NCBI RefSeq assembly: GCF_009914755.1 | Contig: NC_060947.1 | Length of the DNA: 64,000 bases | Strand: one strand, 5' to 3' | DNA from: the human T2T-CHM13v2.0 reference genome, Homo sapiens | Shown here: piece by piece, positions 57,640 to 64,000 of the stretch | Position numbering within the stretch: position 1 is the stretch's first letter | Layout of the letters: every line of letters begins with the position of its first letter | Program-made: the position numbers and the translations under genes | The notes under the pieces: generated by a model | Seen by the model: only the letters and a program-made list of their open reading frames with translations | What the model was told of the DNA's origin: nothing | The model's database searches: none

Positions 57640-59175
57640 TTTATGTTTTTTGATTTTAGTTTTAAATTTTGTGCATACATAGTAGGTGTATATATTTATG
57701 GGGTATAGGAGATGTTTTTATACAGGCATGCAATGAGCAACAATTACATCATGGAGAATGGGGTATCCAGCCCCTCAAGTATCTATCCTTTGTGTTATAA
57801 ACAGTCCAGTTACACTCTGTTACCTGAAAGTGCACAATTATTATTAACTATAGTCACTCTGTTGTGCTGTCAAATAAACTTACTCATTCTTTCTACTTTT
57901 TCACACAATAACCATCCCCACCTCTCTCCCCAAACCCAGTACCCTTTCCAGCATTTGGAAGCCATCCTTCTACTTTCTATGTCCATGAGTTCAATTGTTT
58001 AGATTTTTAGATACCACAAATAGGTGAGAAAATGTGACGTTTGTCTTTCTGTGCTTGCCTTACTTCACGTAACATAATGATCTTCAGCTCCATTCATGTT
58101 GTTGCAAATGACAGGATCTCATTATTTTATTGTTGAATAGTATTCCATTGTGTATATGTATTACATTTTTTATTCAATTATATGTTAATGGACACTTGGG
58201 TTGCTTCCAAATCTTAGCTATTGTGAACCTTGCTGAAGGAAACATGACAGTGCAGATATCACTTTGATATACTGATTTCCTTTTCTTTGTGTATGTACTC
58301 AGAAGAGGGATGGTTGGATTATTTGGTAGCTATATTTTTTTTTAGTTTTTTGAGGAATCACCAAACTGTTCTCCATAGCGGATATACTAATTTACATTCC
58401 CACAAACAGTGTACAAGGGTTCTCTTATCTCTAAATCCTTGCCAGCATTTGTTACTGCTTCTTTTTTTGATATTAGCCATTTTAACTGGGGTGAGATGAC
58501 ACCTCATTGTAGTTTTGATTTTTAATTCCCTAATGATCAGTGATGTTGAGCACCTTTTCATATGCCTGTTTTCTAACTGTATGTCTTCTTCTGAGAAATA
58601 TCTATTCACATCTTTGCCCTTTTTAAATTAGATTATCAATTTTTTCCTTATAGAATTCTATGAGATGCTTAATTAGTCTGGTTAGCAATCTCATTTCAGA
58701 TGGGTAGTTTGCAAATTTTTTTCCCATTCTGTGAGTATTCTCTTCACTTTCTTGAATTTTTGCTGTGCAGAAGCTTTTTAACATGATATAATCTTATATG
58801 TCCATTTTTATTTCATTGCCTATGCTTGTGGGGTTTTACTCAAGAAATTTTTTACAGACACCAAAGTCCTGGAGAGTTTCCCCAATGTTTTCTTCTAGTA
58901 TTTTCATAGTTTCAGGTCTTAGATTTAATAAATACTGATTTATTTTGATTGTGAGAGTTATGGGTCAAGTTTCATTATTCTGCATATCCATATCCAGTTT
59001 TCCCAGCACCATTTATTGAAGAGACTGTTTTTTCCCTAGTGTTTATTTTTGGCATCTTTGTGGAAAATAGTTTATTGTTGGTGTGTGCATTTGTTTCTGG
59101 GTTTTATGCTTTGTTCCCTTGCTCTATGTGTCTGACTTTATGCCAGTACCATGCTGTTTGGCTTACTACAGCTCT
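57640..59175 (-). mobile_element. L1MA-type 3' end and ORF2 C-terminus
   Basis: Antisense 'catagtaggtgtatatatttatgggg…'; [31 protein letters not shown]. Confidence 0.88.
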
Positions 59176-59533
59176 TGGTATGGTTTGGCTCTGTGTCTCC
59201 AACCTAATCTCACCTTGAATTGTTATAATCCCCATGTGTCAAGAGTGGGACCAGGTAGAGATAACCGAATCATAGAGGTTGTTTCCCCCCATGCTGTTGT
59301 TGTGATAGTGAGTGAGTTCTCATGAGATCTGATGGTTTTATAAGGGGCTTCCCCTTTTCTTGACTATCATTCTCTCTCCTGCTACCCTGTGGAGAGGTGC
59401 CTTCCACCATGATAGTAAGTTTCCTGAGGCCTCTCCAGCCATGCTGAACTGTGAGTCAATTAAATCTCCTTCCTTTATAAATTACCTAGTTTCGGGTATG
59501 TCTTTATTAGCAGTATGAGAGTGGGCTAATATG
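59176..59533 (+). mobile_element. THE1 5' LTR (THE1C/D-like)
   Basis: 'tggtatggtttggctctgtgtctccaacctaatctcaccttgaattg…gtaagtttcctgaggcctctccagccatgctgaactgtgagtcaattaaa'. Confidence 0.9.
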
Positions 59534-60645
59534 GTAAATTGGTACCAGGAATACGGTGCTGAAGTAAAGATACCCAAAAATGTGAAAATAACATTGGAAC
59601 TGGATAGCAGGCAGAGGTTGGCACAGTTCGGAGGGCTCAGAAGAAGACAAGAAAATGTGGCAAAGTTTGGAACTTCCTAGAGACTTGTTAAATTATTTTG
59701 ACCAAAATGCTGATAGTGATATGCACAATGAAGTCCAGGCTGAGGTGGTCTTATATGGAGATGAGGAACTTCTTGGAAACTGGTGCAAAGGTGACTTTCG
59801 GTATGCTTTAGCAAAAAGACTGGTGGCATTTTGCCCCTGACCTAGATATCTGTGGAAATTTGAACTTGAAGGAGATAATTTAGGGTATCTGGTGGAAGAA
59901 ATTTCTAAGCAGCAAAGTGTTCAAGAGTAAGCAGAGCATAAAAGTTTGTAAAATCTGCAGCCTGATGATGTGATTTTTAAAAAATCTATTTTCTTGAGAG
60001 AAATTCAAGAAATTTGCATAAGTAATGAGGATCCAAATTCTAATTACCAAGACAACAGGGTAAATGTCTCCAGGACATGTCAGAGATCTCGGTAACAGCC
60101 CTTCCCATCACAAGGCTGGAGGCACAGGGGGTCAAATGGTTTCTGTGGGCCAGGTGCAGAGCCCTCCTGCTCTACACAGCCTTGCGATATGGTGCCCTGC
60201 TTGCCAGCTGCTTTAGCTTCATTTGTGCCTAAAAGGGGCCAACATATAGCTTGGGCTGTTACTTCAGAGAGTGCAAGGCCCAAGCCTTCGTGGCTTACAT
60301 GTGGTGTTGGTCCTGTGGGTGCACAAAGTCAAGAATTGAGGTTTGGGAAACTCCAGCTGGATGCCAGAGGATGTATGGAAATGCCTGGATGTCCAAAAAA
60401 GAAGTCTGCTGCATGGGCAAAGCCCTCATAGAGAACCTCCGCTAGGGCAGTGTGAAAGGGAAATGTGAGGTTGCAGCCCCCATATGGAGTCCTCACTGGG
60501 AAACTGCCTAGTGGAGTTATGAGAAGAGGGCCACTGTCCTCCAGATTCCAGAATGATAGATCCACTGATGATTTGCAACATTTGCCTAGAAAAGGCACAG
60601 ATGCTCAACGCCAGTCTATGAAAGCAGCCTGGAGGGGGTTGTACT
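59534..60645 (+). mobile_element. THE1-int (MaLR internal region), 3'-truncated, no 3' LTR
   Basis: 'gtaaattggtacc' after the LTR; MaLR ORF remnant MWQSLELPRDLLNYFDQNADSDMHNEVQAEVV. Confidence 0.9.
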
Positions 60646-62075
60646 TTTCAAATTTGTCCCCTACCTTTTTAAATTTTTGATGTTTCTATTTCTATGCAGA
60701 TTTAAATTTTTCCTCTTGAGGCTATTTTCTAGATCTTATAGGTGTGCTTCGTTTTATTATTATTATTATTATTCTGTCTCCTCTGACTGTATTTTCAAAT
60801 AGCATATCTTCAAGCTCACTAATTCTTTCTTCTGCTTGATCAATTTGGCTATTAATACACTTTAATGTATTTTTCAGTATGCCAATTGTGTTTTCAGCAT
60901 CAGAAATTCTACTTGGGTCTTTTTAATTATTTCATTTTCTTTGTTAAATTTATCTGATAGAATTCTGAATTTCTTCTCTATGTTATCTTGAATTTCTTTG
61001 TGTTTCCTCCAGCTATTTTGAATTATCTGTCTCCAAGTTCACATATTTCAGTTTCTCCAGGATTGGTCCCTGGTGCATTATTTAGTTTATTTTATGAAAT
61101 CATGTTTTCTTGGACGGTCTTGATGCTAGCAGATGTTCTTCACTGTCTTGGTATTCAAGAGTTAGGTATTTATTGTAGTCTTCACTGTCTGCACTTGTTT
61201 GTACCTATCCTTCTTGGGAAGGCTTTCCAAATATTTGAAAGGACTTGAGTGCTGTAGTCTAAGCTATATGTGTTTTAGGGGGCACCACAAGCTCAGCAAT
61301 GCTGTGGTTTTTGCAGACCCATAGAGGTACTACCTTGATGGTCTTGAACAAAATCAAGGAGAATTCTGTGGATTTATAGGTAGAGACTCTTGCTCTTTTC
61401 CCTTACCTTCTCCTAGAGTCTCTCTTCTCTCTCTCTCTCTCTCTCCCTCTTTCTCCTGAGTCACTTGAAGCTAGGGATGGTGTGAGACAAGCACCCCTGT
61501 TGCCATCACCGCTATGACTGCTTTGGGTAAGACCTGAAGCTATCACAGCACTGGGTCTCACCCAAGGCCAGCTGTAACCATTTCCTGGCTGCTGACTATG
61601 TTTGCTCGAGGCCCTCAGCCCTCAAGCTGTACAATCAATAGAGGGCAAAGCCAGAAACACCCATGGCTTCCCTTCAGGGCAGTGAGTTCTCCCAGGCCCC
61701 AGGTGGATCCAAACATGCTGTCTGAAAGTCAATGTCTAGAGTCAAAAGCCTTAGACATAATATCTACCTGGTTTTCTATTGTATTGTGGTTGAGTTGGCA
61801 CTCAAACCACAAGATGCAGTTCTTTCCATTCTTTCATTTCCTTTCCAAGAGCAGAAGAGACTCACCCATAGCCGTCACCACTACGGGCCATGGAGAGTAG
61901 TGCTAGACTACTGCCAATGTTCCCTTCAGGCCAAGGGGCTTTTAAGTCACCTTGCGGTGAATGTTGCCTGGCCTTGGACTCACTCTTAAGGGTATCAGGC
62001 TTTCCTCTGACCCGGGGCAGATCCAGAAATGCTACCCAAGAGTCAAGTTCCAGAATAAGAATCCCCTGTGGCCAA
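60646..62075 (-). mobile_element. L1M (L1MA-lineage) 5' region: inter-ORF bit, ORF1 N-terminus, 5' UTR with (CT)n
   Basis: 'ctcctctgactgtattttcaaatagc…tcaagctcactaattctttcttctgcttgatc', 'gacaagcacccctgt', 'ttcccttcagggcagtgagttc'. Confidence 0.75.
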
Positions 62076-62159
62076 GCTAGTAAATTAAGTGCCAAACAAA
62101 GTCCTCTTTACTTACTTTACTGTAGCCTAAGAATATACTTGATATAATTTTTGTTAAAA

Positions 62160-64000
62160 ATTATTTCATAGGCTACCATTTGATCTGTCTTGGAGAATGT
62201 TCTGTGTGCTGATTAAAGGAATGTATATTCTATACTTTTTGGATAGAATATTCTATAAATGCCTGTGAAGTCTGTTAAGTCCATTTGGTCTAAAGTCCTA
62301 TTTAAGCCCAATGTTTATTTGTTAATTTTATGTCTCAGTGATCTGTCTAGTGCTGTCAGAGGGGCATTGAAGGCCCATATTAGTCTTATATTACTGTGTA
62401 TCACTTTCTTTAGGCCTAGTAATATTTGTTTTGTGAAATTTGGGTGTTTCAATATTAGGTTCATATGTATTTAAAATTGTTATCACCTCTAATTTGATTG
62501 ATTGCTGTATCATTGTATAATGACCTTCTTTGTCTTTTTGTGGTATTTTTTAGTTACAGTGCGTTTTACGTGATATAAGTGTAGCTACTCCTGCCTGCTT
62601 TTGGTTTTCATTTGCATGGAATATCTTTTTCTAGCCTTTACTTCATTCTATATATATGACTTTAGAGGAAAGGTGAGTTTTATCTAAACAGCATATAGTT
62701 GGATCACGTGTTTTAAATCCATTCTGCAAATTTATATCTTTCAAGCGTGGTATTTTATCTACTTATATTCAAGTTTAATATTAATATGTGAGGCTTTGTT
62801 CCTGTAATATTACTGGTTGTGTTCAATTGTTTTGTAAATTATTTGTTTATTTTTCTCTTTTTGTCTTTGTGATTTGATCATATCTTGTAATGTTACCATT
62901 TGATTTCTTTCTCTTCCTTTTTGGTTACTGTTTTACAAAACCTGTGAGTTTTATGTTTCTTTGTGTTTCGTGATGGTGAATATCAACCTTTCATTTTAAT
63001 GTTGAAGACCCCTTTGATCATTTTCTTAATGTTGGCTTAATGGTGACAGTTTCCCTCAGCATTTTGTTGCCTGGGAAAGACTATTTTTCCTCCATTTGTG
63101 AAGCTTATTCTGGCAGGACTTAAAATTCATGTTTGACAGTTTTTTTTTTTTTTCCTTTTAGCACTTCAAAGTGTAATGCTATTCTCTTTTGACCTTTAAA
63201 GTTTCTGCTGAAAAGTCTGCTGTTAGTCTAATGGAGCTTCCCTTATATGTTACCAGACACTTTTCTCTTGCTAATCTTAAAATTATTTATTTTACTTTGA
63301 CTTTAGACATTCTGAATATAATATGCCAAGTTTAAGACCTTTTTACAGTGTATTTTATTGCAGATCATTGGGCCTTCTGTATCTGGATGTCTAACTCTCT
63401 TGCTGGGCTTAGAAAGCTTTTGTTGATTATTTCCTCAGATTTTCTAAACTTTTTGATCACTCTGCTCCCACAGAAATACCAATATTTTGCAAATTTGGTC
63501 ACTTTATTGAGTCATAAATTTCTTGAAGGCTTTGTTTATTTATTTTTATTGACTTTAAAAAAATTCTGACTGACTCATCTTCAAGTTCTGAGATTCTTCT
63601 GCTTTCTCTATTCTATTACAAAAGCTTTCTAATGTATTTTGTATGTCCTTCAACTCAATGATTTTTTTTTATTTTTAGAAATTCTGTTTTATAAGATATC
63701 TCCTTGGTAAATTTCTCATTTATATTTTGAATTAATTTTCTGGGTTTTTTTTTGTATTTTTTTCATGTTTCTCTTACATCTTATTGAACTCCTTAAAATC
63801 AATATTTTGTATTTATATCTGGCATTTTGAGGAATTCTTGATTAGGATCTATTGCTGGACACTTGTTGTGATACTTTAGTGGTGTCATAATGCCCTGCTT
63901 TTACATGTTTCCTGTGTTCTTTCATTAACATTTGCACATCAGTAGTAGCTATTGTTTGTTCCAATTCTTTAAAATTGCTTTTCTTGGAGAGAATTTTTTC
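62160..64000 (-). mobile_element. Old L1 (ORF2 EN N-terminus and ORF1), continuing past the window end
   Basis: 'cttggagaatgttctgtgtgctgat', 'gatctgtctagtgctgtcag', 'gtttctgctgaaaagtctgctgttagtctaatgg'. Confidence 0.8.

Overview
AT-rich primate genomic DNA, most likely human or great ape (it carries AluY and an L1PA2-type element). It is dominated by nested transposable elements, and no host protein-coding gene is recognisable. Main contents: (1) a 1-12 kb stack of an L1MA containing an old L1PA containing a MER52 solo LTR, plus two Alus and a twin-primed L1PA4-like insertion carrying a ~180-bp 3' transduction; (2) a Tigger1 whose interior is replaced by L1 sequence; (3) a second twin-primed L1PA; (4) a two-LTR HERV-L/MLT2A provirus on the minus strand lacking protease, with a perfect DUX4-type motif in its 5' LTR; (5) a full-length 6.0-kb L1PA2-type element with intact ORF1, open antisense ORF0 and a disabled ORF2 whose endonuclease domain is still intact; (6) several MaLR/ERV1 LTRs, MIR/L2 relics and a large alternating purine-pyrimidine microsatellite. 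I found no evidence for a wholly new biological system. The best leads are locus-specific: the transduction, several locally templated insertion scars, the DUX4 motif variant, and an exon-like non-repeat segment near 16.5-16.8 kb. Repeat subfamily names come from recalled consensus sequences and need RepeatMasker/Dfam confirmation. Boundaries without a stated TSD are approximate.
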